A stretch of DNA of 64,000 bases from Tubulanus polymorphus (GCF_964204645.1 NC_134033.1:13710655-13774654); one strand, 5' to 3'; counted from the stretch's first letter, positions 12,701 to 25,808 are shown. Notes: generated by a model not told the origin, from the sequence alone. Translations and numbers: made by a program.

Positions 12701-15700
12701 TTTCCCGAAGTCGGTTTAAGCTTACGTCATAGTTCGAGCATTTTGTTACGTAAAGCTCTTCTTTTGTATAAACGACGAAGGAGAGCTTTCATTTGTACGG
12801 ACTCGCGCCGTTAGAAGATTAGAAAAAAATCAGTAGCTCTTCAAAATTTCGAAATAATAACCGTGTTTTCGAGTTGTCGTTCATACGTGACAAAAGGATG
12901 CCCAAGAAAAGCATTCACATGCCAGAGACTGTTCTATAGGTCGGGATCGGGATGTTGTCTTTCTATGAAAATGCAGCGAAAGAAACTAATTTTGACTCGG
13001 TTCAACGGATCGATCCTCTGCAACCTCAAAGAGAATTCAGTTCCGAGTTTAGTTTAGCGCGAACAATTACCCTGGAAATTGAGTAAAATCGTCAAAGACT
13101 CGTAGCACAGGCAGGCAGTGAGTTTGAGGCCTTATCGATGTTGAAAGAGTTAGAATTTTAGAAATACGAATGACAGCGTTTTATACCTTTTCGATTCATA
13201 ATAAATATAGTTTTTTTTCCTCGTTATAATTTCCCTGAAACCAAAACGCACCATGTATCGCACCACGAAAAACGCCTGGCGGCGTAACGACTAACATTTT
13301 CAGCAATCAAATTTAATTTTACCCGGAGGCCGAATCAATTCCGCAAATTCTCTACGTTTAAGCGGCGTTAAGTGACATAATTAAATCTAAAACTCAATTA
13401 ACATTTAATTGACGCCCGGTGAATGAATCTAAAAGCAATTAACTCGTTCGTCAACGAGGGTCAACATCGAAAAATCAAGCGAATTTCCAAATGCAGTCGA
13501 ATAAAATCTCTAAATCGTTATACAGCTGATTCCCGTTCGTATTGGAATCCGATCAACCCAAATCTTAATCGCCTCATCCGATTGAAAGCGTTCTCAACAA
13601 AGGTCAAGGTCGTAATTTTGACGCTCGGTTTTGGCGTCATAAGATGTGTTATGGGTTGCAGGTCCTATTCGTTAGAGTGCTTGGGTGTATACCATTCTTC
13701 ATAACGCCAAATTCGATTTAACGCCATGTTTTCCATGAGTGCCATAAGTGGCATTATAAACTAAGGCGTTTACTAGATATTGAATTTACTAATTTCTAGA
13801 TGTAAAAAATGATTGTCGATAGCTCGGCCTGCTTTGATGAAACTTGAAACAAAAGAATAGGTCTACTGTATCGTTTCAGATTATTCGGGTATTCGAAAGA
13901 AATTTAGAAAAAATTTGAAAAGAAAAACTGCATTCCCCGTTACTGCTTTATTTAGTCTTGCTTGCGAGAACAGTAAGCTCGAACTCACAATAGACGTGTT
14001 TGGCATGTCTAATGCGTATTTACTCCTCGCTGTAATTATCGTCAAAACACGATAATTACAGCGAGGATAAAGACAAAAAGTCTCCAATCTATGATGATAA
14101 AATGCGCTGTCGTTGTTCGACGCCATAAAAACTCTTTTCTGTCCGTATCTCATCTGCCGTCGCTAACATAGTCTGTGTATAATACGCAATACCGCGTGAA
14201 ACGTCGTGAGTTGCGAAGGTAAAACAACAGCTTGAACACCGCGGTGATTTTCCGAGCTTCCGGCTTTTCTTGAAACGGTAGTTAAAGCTTGGATCCAGTG
14301 TCAAAACTGACATTATTAGGATAATTTTGACCCTGTGACTAAAGCTACAAACACCATTTATATCATAAACTGGACTATGTAACTTACAAGGTCTAAATTC
14401 ATGGTCTATTTGCTTGATTCACATTGGTCAGTCTATTTCTCTCCTTTCTTCCTTTCGTTTTCATGAACCATGAATGCGTGGCTCTCTTTCCTCTTACATA
14501 CTCTCTATTTTCCTCCTCGCTGCTGGTCGCTCGCATTCCCGGGAGACTCAACCTTACTGAATCGGAATTGTAGGTTCTAGTGCCGCCAATTTCGCTAAAG
14601 ATCGCTTTGATTTGCAATAATTGGATTTTTCCCTGGGGCAATCTGCAACAAGCTTCCATATGAATGCGTTCGCGTAATGCGACCAGGGACTCATTCCACC
14701 AGTCACAGAGACATCACAAGAGCAACACGTGTGTGAAAAAGAATGTGCGTTTACTCAATACAGTCCTGTCTCATGTGGCGTATATCCACCATTACTAACT
14801 AAACTGGTTTCCGACAAGAAAAACGACTAGAAAAACGGTTGCGAATACGATGTTGTAATGTCATTATTCGACGCCGAAATGACTGGAAAAAGTTCACGAA
14901 AGGGCACGTGATATATAGCCAATAAAAATAGTAGAAACTTCGTCGCAAAAAACTCCGTCAGACACTTGGTATCAGTAGAGATTCAAATTCACGTAGAATC
15001 CATGCGTTCCCACGCACTAGATCGTCGCGATCCTCACCCGACTGACTAGCAGTCCGCGGGAACATGAATTAAAATATATTTCAAAAAGGACCCTATATGT
15101 TAATCTAAATTGTGTATTTTCTAAATTGTTGTCATTGAGGTAGCGGTTGCATCTCCGTGATCCAAATTGGATCTTTATAGTTGTGTAATTATCATTTTAG
15201 GTACCCAAAGGCCCGATAAACTATGTTCCACGCGAGACCAATAATCTTCTCGTGAGCCGCTTTTGAATCTTTTTTATTGGCATCCCCGACAAAGGTCACT
15301 TATGAGGTTAGCGACTGTCCTGTAGGCCACGTCCTGTAACCGAGAACTTTACAACGCAAACAACATGAAGATAAGATTATTTCCTTGTAGATTTTAAGCC
15401 CATCATATAGATTAGATTACATATATACAAATAGATTGTCTCTTATTGTACCAGTATTACGACTAGTATTATGCTCAACCATATCAGTGATATACCATTA
15501 CAATTATCAATGATTGAGGACATTGAGCTCTTAGAAAAGAAACCGTTCGATCGTAGCAACTTGCTTCAATTATTGTCTAGACAGCGGTATTTTGTCTTGC
15601 GGCTAAAATTACGGCTAAACCACGTAGGCCTATACTCTCGAACTTTCAACCTTCCAAATGTCTAGTCACTCGTAGCTGCGACGAATTCAGGAGATGGGAT

Positions 15701-18700
15701 TCGAACATAATCAATCAATATTTTGTTATCATCGTCTGATTCGCCTGACAACAATCGGAAACGAGTGGATCCCGGCAACTTCCTGTTTCTCGGTGTTAAG
15801 AGATAGCGCCCGACCCGTTAACGATGGATTTGATAAGTCAAATTTCATTGAATCGTTACCGCACAACTGGACAGGTTCGTTTCGCAGTTGTTCTGATTCG
15901 TAAGGGTAAATAGTAAACTAATTCCAACTCTAATAGTCAACCCAGAAACAACCACAGATCTCAATTATGGTTTGCCATGTCACGTAAACTTAAGAATGTC
16001 CTCGGTGCGGATAAAACGACAGAGATACATCATCGACTACAGCAAAATATATGGACCGGAAAATCACCACCGCAGGAAAAATGGTTTATTAATAGACATA
16101 GAATCAAGTGTCGCAAAGATATATTTATTGAGCGAAGTTTGATCACGAGAAAGGGCCACTGGGTTCCTTTCTCGTTTCGTTTTTATATTTCGTTTTTATA
16201 TTTCGTTCAATGTGAAGTTTATGCATTGTTGTTCTCGCAGACGCCCGGTTCTATATCACGTTATCAGGGGCGCTGGCGATCAATCTCAATAAGGCATTGA
16301 ATTTGTTCCGGTAGAAAAGACACATGCATCAATTACATCTAACCTTGTCTGATCTCATTTCTGTGTGTGTGTTTGAATCCATCAGATTATCGCAACACCT
16401 CACCGCTGACACCCTAGCCCGTTCACTCACATAAATCGCTTTTCTAGATTATGAGAAAAGACAAATAATACTTTTATTCGCCCCGGCGATGTTAGATTTT
16501 TTTTTAATGCAGCACAAAAGTACGAGCATATGAAGAGTAATAGACGTTTTTACGTAGTACAGATTGATCTTCAATGTTACCAAGTGACAATAATTTCTAA
16601 AATAATAGATAGCATACATAAATAGTGTTTCTTACAATATCATATATTTCATTTAAATGTAATATTTCTAAATGTCTTATTCTAGCAGGAATTTTGCTAT
16701 ATTGTGTACCTTCAAGTCAAGTAAGTTTTGGCAAATGCCCCCTATCGGTAGAGTGATTGATATTTCAAGAGAAAAATTACTGACGAGCAATTCAATTTCT
16801 AAGGAAGACCCATTCCATTCAGCCTGTTATGGCCATGGTGTAAGGAAACTAGATACCATTGGATGTTTAGTTGCAGCATGGACTCTTAAACCATGGACTC
16901 TATAATGTTTTAAGAGTCCATGGTTGCAGCGACTGTAACGCGTTGTATGTTCTTGGATCCCGTGACGGTCGCGGTCGGAGGTCGCCACTGGAACAGTCAC
17001 TTTCGGGTTTGGAACAGGATCCAGTGTGAAAATCCACACCGGAGAAGTGGTCCCTTAGTCCTTTACTCAAAGAGATAGCGGAGCTAGGTACCTAATACGA
17101 ACACTGTACCCGGTACATACGTAATGGCAAGGCGACCATGGATGGTAAGTTACCGGGGAATCTCAGCGGTGACTCAATCGCTGTTGTTTGTCTCGTCGAG
17201 AGCGTTCGGAAAATTACACTTCAACTAATACAATATTTCAATTTCCTTCACATGGCCGCTGACAGACAGTCTATTTATCGATATTTCATCAATTGAATTG
17301 TGCGTCCATGATGCAGTTTATATATAATTACATATATCTCTATAACTCACAGCTGACACAATAACTGAGTCTTATACCATCATCGACTTACAGTGAGATA
17401 TATCGAGAATCGAAACAAAACGATGGGGGGGGGGGAGGGACGCGTTTTATTTTGAATTATAACGGAACTCTATCCTGTATATGAAATTCAATATGCTCTT
17501 AGAACCTTCTAGAAAAAGATTCCTGCCCGAAATTCCCTTTTTTGGGCCTCATCGTCAGAAGTAATTGTTTGTGTATAGAACGGAATGGATCATCCCTCGT
17601 GACATCGATAAATCTACGAGTGATTTTATGGATGAATCCTTGAAAGAGGATAATTTTAGCCTTAATTAGCTAAATCCTTCATGAAATAATCAGATAGGAT
17701 TGGATCAATTAAAAGTATAACTCAAAAAGGTAGATTTCATAATTAATTAAGTGTCCATTGATGTCATGAAATGATTGCCTATGTTGGCAGACGTTCGCTT
17801 TGTAGCCGGCTTTTCGAGGCACAATTTAATTTTTCGAATCATTTGCTTCGTGATTTAGTTGCGTTGAATGGAACGACGAAGTCACGGATTCTGTCGATTA
17901 CGCCGTGTTGTGCTTGTCTGTCTGATTAGGATGGCGCGTGAAAACTGAATTATTTGATGGCGAATACGACCGTGACAACACGACCATGGCGTTTCGTTTA
18001 GCGTATGCTGTAATCGCTACCAGAGAGGAAGAGAGAGGAAGATAGAGGAAGATAGAGAGAGAGAGAGAGGGGGAGAGAGAGAGAGAGCAGTACGCAGTTT
18101 ACGGAACGTTCGCATTACCTCTGGGCTAAATCACTTAAGCCTGCGCTTGGTTGACAAATGAAAAGCGCTGAATTCAGTCAGGAATAAGGCTCACAATACG
18201 TGCAAAATCTGGCCTTATAGTTACCAGAATCATATCATAATGCGAGCGCTTTTTCTCGTAAATCTAATATCGCAGGACTCTATTTCAGTGGAAAAACATC
18301 GAAAATCTGTCAAATACACCGCCAGTCTCTTTTATCCGTCTTTTTTCGTCCGAGAAAAAAATATTTCAAATTTCTACCAAGGCAATTTAAACTGTTACTT
18401 CTTTAGGAAAACTTCTTAAAAACGGTTGAATTGTAGTCCTAACTTAACCTATGATTCCAGGTAGGTGTTTACGTATGCGCTGACCTCGGATCTCGGAGCC
18501 GTCCGCCCTTGTAGCTTTTAGCGCCTCTCGATTGAAACTCCATGATTTTTTCGGAAGACCATCACGTTGATCAAACTACAGAACTATAGCTCTGTATGAT
18601 CAAAAATATACGGAATTGATTTTAAACCATGTAGTTGTGTTCGCCTGCCAGAGGCTAGTTTCTCGTGTTGGCGGCGAATTGTTAACATTCGTTCGTTAAA

Positions 18701-21700
18701 ATGTCAGGTTTTTAATTAGACAAAAAAAACTTTCGAAAGAGCAACCGCCCGCCCGACCGGTGAAAATAACTCCGTGTTGTTTCGCGAAGTTGAGAAAGGG
18801 CGGGAGGCAAATACCAAGCCACGCTGGCGGGGCTTCGTCGGCTCCGTGCTTCAATCTCTAATCAAGCCTATTAACACGGATACCAAAGTGAGCGCTGTTT
18901 ATTACCGGTAACAACAACACGGAGCTCTCTTTTTTCGATCTCCGAGACGCTCGCGGAGAAAACGCGACAAAATCATTAGTCAACGTTAATAACCATATAT
19001 TTCGCGTATAATATAGTGTGTGTATCTTTAGGATTAATCGCAGGTCGCATGGCTTTGGTGCCACTTCCCAGATTATTATTCGTTAGTTGGAATTCAGTAT
19101 ATGATATATGAAAGAAAAATAATATAAGGAAAAGTTCAGCCTCAACAAAGAACGTTTTAAGTCCTCATTTTTAGGGCAAATTCACTGTTCACATATATAA
19201 CCACCGAGGATATCCCCGGTAACAATATTATTTCTTAATTCTTAAATATGGATTTTCCCTCTTATCTATATGATTGAACTATTTCGATTTAGTGTCGCTT
19301 ACAAACCCACCCAACCTGGCCGGAGGCGATACAGGGGGTTTGATTTTGAAATCTGAATTCGAAGTATAGATATAGTTGTGTGATCGGCGGTCGAATTTAC
19401 AGACCGTTCTATTTAATCGAACTTCATATTCGGAAACAAGAGCAGAAAATAGTTTCTCAGCTTTTTGTAAGTTAGTTGGTGCGGTTAGGGCCTTTTTGCT
19501 CGTCGAGAACAGCGAAAAGAAAAAAACGTTTAATTTTCTTAGTAGTACTGAGTAGTTTGCATGACTTGGGTCAATTTGTAGAAGAAAGCGATTTAGCGAA
19601 GCTTTTCGTCGGTGACAGAACGAAAAAACAACAACAAATACAATCGCGAGGCGAGCGATCCATAAATCACATGCCTCGTAGTAGGACCAAACGAGATATA
19701 GTACATCATCGCGTTGTCATGGTTGCAGCGTGGTGCACTTCTCGCAGACGAGAATCTTACCGCGTGACGTCACTTAAAACGCCGCGGCAGAAGATACAGT
19801 CAAGACGAGGGCTGAGAACGAAAAACGAGAAAAAATTGGCGCCGCAAAACAGCGCGTGGAATTAACCGTAATTTTCAGTTGCCGGCGTTTTCTTTCCAGT
19901 AGTGACAGAATGAAATAATTCAAAATCTTCCTAGCTGTCGTATAGGTATTCATACAGTGACGTTCCGCGTGGTTCTGGCTGAAATCACAGAATTGCACCA
20001 CTCGATTCCGATGAATTGACGATCGAAGTTTTAATATGTTTTTTCTTTTCTTTCATTTTCTCTATAATTCTAGCGACGACGTGCTGGGTTCGGAGTAACA
20101 AACACAGAATTTGTAATGACCACGACCAACAGTTTTTCCTCGCCAAAGAAGGTTCGTATCAAGTATCGCTGCGAAACTATTTGAACAATACGATATTTCC
20201 AATGCGCCCCGGGGCGGCCATTTTCGGTTCCAAAGTAGCCGAAAGCCACGCGCTTGGTCCCACGCCCAATTTGGATGCAATACCTGCTGTCCCGTGTGTT
20301 CATCACATATTTCTAGTTCCCAATAGAGAGAAAAAAAAATTTTTCTATATAAGCCTTTCGACCTGGGACTAGTTCCACAGCCGAAGTAGATTGGTTTTTT
20401 GACCCAGAGTTAAATCTAACCAAAGCCTTGATTCAACATTTTTATCGAAAATCGTTTTTTAATTTCGGAAAGTTTTCGAAAACTCAATTTTCTTAATCGA
20501 AAATAGGAAATTATTGAGCGAAAATATGATATCAATGCTAATACAAAGCAATGGTTTCGTTTTTTTTTGGATTTATTTAAGACATAATAAAAACTAGAAG
20601 AGAATGTGATATTCAATATTGAGAATGGTGATTAATGATTATCATTAATATTTTTGTTTCTAATCAGCCGAAGGAGATGACACGTCCACTGACGCTTACT
20701 GCTGTAGTTTGACGCAGTCCTATATCACCAATATTGACAATAATAATGGTCACACAATCGTCCGTCTTGACAGAAAAAGATCTCCCTGTTCCGATCATAT
20801 GTCCGTAGAGTGTCCCCCCGGTACACTTATCGGACATATCCGACTCAAAGTGTAAGTACTCAGGCGGCTAGTCAAGGGGGAAAGAAAGGACCAATCGCAA
20901 CGTTGGCTTGGTGGTGGCGGTCGATGCCGTTTAAACCTTAACGATTACATTTACGGATAACTAATATGAGTTATTCAAGGGGCTTTTGTGCACTTCGTCA
21001 TTCAAATCGGCGTTCAATTCGATTTCATCACTCTGATTTCCTATTTCGTTAATTTTCATCCATTCGAATATTGTGCGAGTGGATGTGTACTACGTCATCA
21101 ATAATGGAAGTGATTGTCGGTCAATTCAAATCAATCTAATTCCATTTTCGATTTATTCAAATTCAAGATGACACTATTGATCCCTCATATTATTATACTG
21201 TTCATATTGTATCATTCTTTGTCGACAATATTAAGTATCAAGGCATCTAACTTTCAAGTTTTGTTTTTCTTCTTCTAAAATTCTGATTATTTGTTGTCAT
21301 TGTTCCAGATTATCTTGTACAATGTATCCAGTATTCAAAATACTCGATCCCGACCTGAAAGAAATCTACGCTGTCCAAGTTCCTGTTTCGTATTGTACGT
21401 CTTGTTGCTCAGATTTAGTTTATAAGGTATGTACACACCACTAGATGGCGTAACGAATAGTAGGTTTTTTGCGCGATAAATGAAAATTTAATTCAGTTTA
21501 TTTATATTCAGATAACGTCTCTAGAAGGTTGTGATAACGCAGAAATTGGCGAAATACGACGCATGTGGACCGGTTGTAAAGTCATGCCTGCCAGTGACTT
21601 TTCCGTTAAATGTACGTAAGTCTCTATCGATGAATAAATGGGTCGAGTGAGTCAAGCGCAGTGTTTTCGGGTATAATATTTTCAAATTTCAATGCAAAAT

Positions 21701-22338
21701 GCTTTCACAAAAAGCCAGTTGCTTTCACCAACAATAATTTCTGACAGACGCCGAACAGCAATCGATGGGGATTTCAATTGTGGTTAAATATCATTAATAT
21801 ACATAAGGCTAAACAAAAATGATTTCTTGTTTCTCCGCAGCGGCCGGGTCATTTTTGTAAAATATGATAAAATTTGTAAACAGTTCATTTCTATAGCGGC
21901 CGGGTCTGTTATGGTAAAATTGATCACGATTTTTAAAAAAGTAATGTATAGGGTAGATAGGCGGCCGGCCGGGTCAACATTTAAGCTCAGCAGAGCGGAG
22001 AAACAAGGTATCAATTTTTTTAGCCTAATTGAAATCATTGTCAGAATTTCGAACTCTCAGCAGGAGACCCCCTAATCCCCTTGGATCCGCCCCTGTGAGA
22101 AGCTATGGCCGTTGATTCCCTCTGAAACATTACCATGTCTAACCTCTGGGTAAATCTTGACAAGATAATTACATCACGGTTCAATTTCATATATATTTGC
22201 TATGTAGAGTATATGTATTTCAACTTTTTTTGCCCATTAATTCTAGTTCCTGAAGATTTGGACGTTCTGCGAAAATCGCTGTTTCTGGCTGTAACGTTAT
22301 TCATCGATAACAAACTGTGGGAGACAATCATAGTCTGA
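6726..22338 (+). CDS. Phospholipid scramblase (PLSCR family), 6 coding exons, ~289 aa
   Basis: Exons 6726-7023, 20074-20151, 20668-20851, 21309-21426, 21512-21611, 22247-22338. All GT-AG with consistent phases, 870 nt total. Motifs: GIPKGLEYLSILDKLTIYQ; SNKHRICNDHDQQFFLAKE; IDNNNGHTIVRLDR; VECPPGTLIGHI; IGEIRRMWTG; FPEDLDVLRKSLFLAVTLFID. These match the PLSCR motifs GLEYL..., NKY.I.N..GQ...A.E, APPG..IG, GKISKHWTG and FPLDLDV..KA......FLID. Confidence 0.92.
8881..8938. promoter_or_regulatory. Two perfect CRE palindromes plus an E-box
   Basis: TGACGTCA at 8881 and 8907, CACGTG at 8931, within a CpG-rich island. Confidence 0.4.
10465..10566. promoter_or_regulatory. Cluster of four CACGTG E-boxes (CLEAR/USF-type) plus CCAAT
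   Basis: ggtcacgtga 10465, gtcacgtgac 10488, ggtcacgtgg 10528, ggccacgtgac 10556; ccaat at 10516. Confidence 0.4.
11101..11147 (-). ncRNA. Degenerate minimal hammerhead-like motif (Penelope-type)
   Basis: The minus strand reads ctgatga-t-tgctaa-tagttt-ttagcc-gaaacgtt. Related core-deleted copy at ~36990-37035; similar motifs at 38212-38250 (+) and ~1973-2018 (-). Confidence 0.5.
11617..11740. repeat. Compound (GT)n/(GGT)n microsatellite
   Basis: Direct inspection; it explains the His/Thr-rich and Cys/Val-rich spurious ORFs here. Confidence 0.95.
18022..18087. repeat. (GA)-rich microsatellite
   Basis: agagaggaagagagaggaagatagagg...(ga)n. Confidence 0.9.
21826..22008. mobile_element. MITE with cttgtttctccgc / gcggagaaacaag termini
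   Basis: Terminal inverted repeats are visible. A diverged second copy lies in opposite orientation at ~63795-63920. Confidence 0.7.
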
Positions 22339-23774
22339 GGTAAAACCGTTTGTCTCGCATCCAGACATTTCATTTCATTCAAATGAGATTTTATCGTTAT
22401 TTGGATAGTGTTTAATCTACTTTTCAGATTCCAGCGTCTTTTCTTGCAGAATTGACTTTGAGTAAGCACCGGATATTGTAGACAGCAGTGAAAAAGATGT
22501 ATCGCTTCCGTGTCCATATTTTTCTCAAAGGAATTTCGGCGAGAAGCTATTAAACGTCATCGTGACATGTCAGACGTTTTTACAAGACGTTCAGCGCCGT
22601 CTCGTGGGATATGAAACAACGATTATCGCTTGTCCAGTCGTTTCTGCACTTCTTCCAAGCGGCGTTCCAATCTTTTCTTCAGGTTTCAAATTCCTATAGC
22701 TGGCGCTAAATTCGAAATGCATGGTTTGGTCTTTCAAGCGCATTCCACGACTCGGAAAACCTGTTTGCCATCTGGCGTACTGCTCGGCGTAACGTGGTTC
22801 GGAAATAGTCGGTATATTTTCCGCCGGTACTCGGTGTATATAAAAAGAGTCCTCGCAAACCCTTTGAATAAACGAGAAAAAAATACTCAATCATCACAAC
22901 CGAAATGTTAGTGTTTAATTGAAAATTTGTAAACGAAACTGTCGAAATGTAGACGCTTTATATGAATGGTGTAATATGTTCCAGTACACAGACTGTCCAT
23001 ATACTATAACCTTACTTGATAACGCGCGTTACTGTCGGTGAAAACATGAACTTTTATAGTACATGTATTTTACTGTCCATGGTCCTAGGGCGAAAAGCAA
23101 AGACGATATTTCTATTTTTTAAATCCCCATCGTGATCTGGGCTCCTGATTTTCGAAGCAAATCACCGCTTATGTTCGTCAGGCGTTAGCTGATGAAGAAA
23201 TTGACGTTTTGAATGACCCAGTGCTGCCCTCTATTGGCTGCTCTTTCAACTAGACAGTTCGTGTGCGTGTGAAAAGGTGTCGTTTTCGTGTCTTTAGCCT
23301 AATCATTATTAATGTAAAAAATGGAATGAAATTAATTGAAGAATTATGTTAATTGTCAAACTTTTAAGCGTATGGATTTTGTAAGTCAAAAAATATACAC
23401 GGTGTAGAAGTAGGGTAGATTTAGAAAAACGTTCCCGCGCTTCCGGGCGGGTTTCGATGCCAGTAGGTTCAAATTCCAGCGAAAGGCACAAATGATTCAT
23501 GTATTAAAAAGAATAAAATTACAGAACAATAAAATGAATCTGGCTTCAGTAAAAATTCATAAATCTCTTTTTTAATTTATATTTTCTCTCGAATATGATG
23601 CGAAATCATTTGGAACCGTCGGCATCTGAGACGGGTTATTGACATTCAATGTATAGACCTTATCCACAGATGTTACATATTTTTCACACGTCTCGTATTT
23701 TTGGCAGTTACTGTGACGTTTTATTTCAAGTGCTTGATTACTATTGATATTGGACATTACGTTGCGCTGTGACG

Positions 23775-25371
23775 TCATGTGAATAAGGTTTGTATCGCGA
23801 ACTCAGTCAGAGCTGAAATGAAATTAAAACATTAGTTCAAAGAAACATTTCAGACTTTGTCTTTCTACACTGTATTCTGAAATTTTTCGATATATACCGT
23901 TAGTCGCTTTGCTGCTGGCTGTTCGTCGTCTAAAACCTTGATCATAGGTTTGGAATACCAGAGAGATACGTATGAAATTTTGCTTCTGATCGTGTCGTAG
24001 TTTATTCCAATTTGAAACTTGTGTTCGCTTGAAGCTATGACATACAATATGCGCTATAATCAGCGGCGGATCCAGGATTCCATGGAGGGTGGTGCACAAG
24101 TGCAAAGTCTGGGGGTCCTCCCCCATAAAATTTTCTAAAATTAGACGCGCGGAGACGCGTTCTGAGCACGATCAGAGTACGATTTAACTCGAAATATGAA
24201 TAGTGATTTTCACAACTTTCATGAAAGATAGAAAAAGCGCTGGTAATTGTAAACGACGACATCAGTGTACGCATCCTCAGGGATTTTTCACATGCTTGTC
24301 TTCGTTCTCACGAAAAGGTCAGTCCGTAGAAAAATAGCGAGGACTTCAGGGAGGGGGTGCACGTGCCCCCTGTGCACCACCCTTTGGATCCGCCGCTGAA
24401 TATTTACATCTATGTAATAATCAGTGCATTAAACAAAAATCAACTAGTGCTAAACTAACAAATGTTGTTGGGTGACGAGATGTGACATGTGATTCACAGG
24501 TGCGACAGAGAAAAATCATATAGGAATCAAAGGGCAAGGCGGCTTTTTTATTCCACGTCATTAAGGAACGAGGCGAGATAGACAGATAAATGAAAGGCCA
24601 ATTGATAATTCACAGGTGTGTGGCAACAAGCACGAATACATAAAGACAAATATCAATGTTCCACAGGATCCTTTCTAAGTTCTACGTGATGGTATAGAAC
24701 CGATATCCAGCAATGAATTTGAAAACTCTGAACCTGAAATGTATATTCATCAGTCATATTCACATCATACATATAAATAGAGTGTTATATTTGCCCCACC
24801 CCATAATTGGTTTGTTTCGCGTGGTTGATGTAGGATTATTTGAATTCCTCCTGGCACTGTAAGACGAACAAGGCGATAATTTGCGGGCGGGTTTTTTTTA
24901 TTCCAGTTCACCATAAACAGAACAGACTGGAAACAAGCGTCTCTCGTTACCGGACAACTCCAGGGCCTGGTGATATGTTGTTCAAGGGGATCGGTGGCTG
25001 AATATGAAATACCTTTAAAAATACAGACCTGACGGCGAGTTTTTCTAAAATCAACTGCCAAACTCATATCCTGTAGTCGAAAGCTCAGTAGCAACGAACC
25101 TGGCAATGCACTGATTTACACGGGGTCTGGACCTCTGCCTTCTCATTGGTTGCCCTTGACGTCAAGGAGATTTAAAACCTGCAAATTTAGACACTCTCAT
25201 CCTAATCTCGGATAGCATCCTTTCGGATATACGGTACTACAAAAATAACACCGAGGGCGTGACCCGCTTGTGGCCTATAGAGTCAGGTGGTTGCTTTCCC
25301 CCCCAGAAATGCCTTTTCTTTCCTTCCCCGCCTTCCAGTTTCTCCAGAGTCCTCCAGCGCTGCAGTGGCAT
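23775..25371 (-). pseudogene. Decayed TMEM206/PACC1-like proton-activated chloride channel pseudogene
   Basis: Collinear fragments resemble human PAC as I recall it: KRVTPSVLFL*Y..FKSP/LTSRATNEKAEVQTPC/ISALPGSLLLS vs KNVFSVLLIFIY..LKHPVMSVSYKEVDRYDAPGIALYPGQAQLLS; CIFKGISYSATDP vs CTTQRINYTDP; IILHQPRE vs LIVQGPRE; FKFIAGYRFY vs WKFSGGFRTW; ISYVSLWYSKPMIKVLDD vs LFFVVFEWKDPFIQKVQD; LTEFA vs AAEFA. In-frame stops (e.g. TAG 25237-39 and 24682-84), two frameshifts near 25115-25165 and apparent deletions. Confidence 0.6.
24061..24398. mobile_element. MITE with 14-bp TIRs and 3-bp TSD (PIF/Harbinger-like)
   Basis: TIRs cagcggcggatcca / tggatccgccgctg, flanked by AAT on both sides. Related GGCGGATCC-terminated copies or fragments at ~5097-5315, 7219-7398, 11787, 22075-22095, 27519-27709 and 33997-34009. 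Confidence 0.85.
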
Positions 25372-25808
25372 GATTCTAGCGTGTACATTTTTTACCACGA
25401 TTTTGCTTTATTCTCTTCATGATAGAATGTACGTATGCTGACTACTATCTATACACAGCTCCGAATCCAATACAGCTTTCAGTACGGTACTATATACTGT
25501 GAATCGCCAGTCGAGTCTGTTTTATTGGAGATTACACGTTACCAACCATATAATACATATATTTATGACTCCCTCTGTGATATTTAATGACGAAACCGCA
25601 CGTGTCGGCCTATTATCATGTAGCATACCGATTTCGATTAAAATGCCCCCATCTAAATCATTGGCAACGGGCGCGTGTGCGCTAGGACCAAACTAAAATC
25701 AAATGACGTTGAGGCGCGCGCGCACGCCGCAAAATACGCGCTCGATTTTTTTGTGTAGAGTGCTGTGTATAGCTCAGTGACAGCGCTCTGTCAGCTGTGC
25801 ATTAACTA
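25372..25808. promoter_or_regulatory. Probable bidirectional promoter between the PAC-like relic and ACER3
   Basis: Only ~440 bp separate the divergent start codons; CpG-rich core (gcgcgcgcgcacgccgc) at ~25715-25745. Confidence 0.5.
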
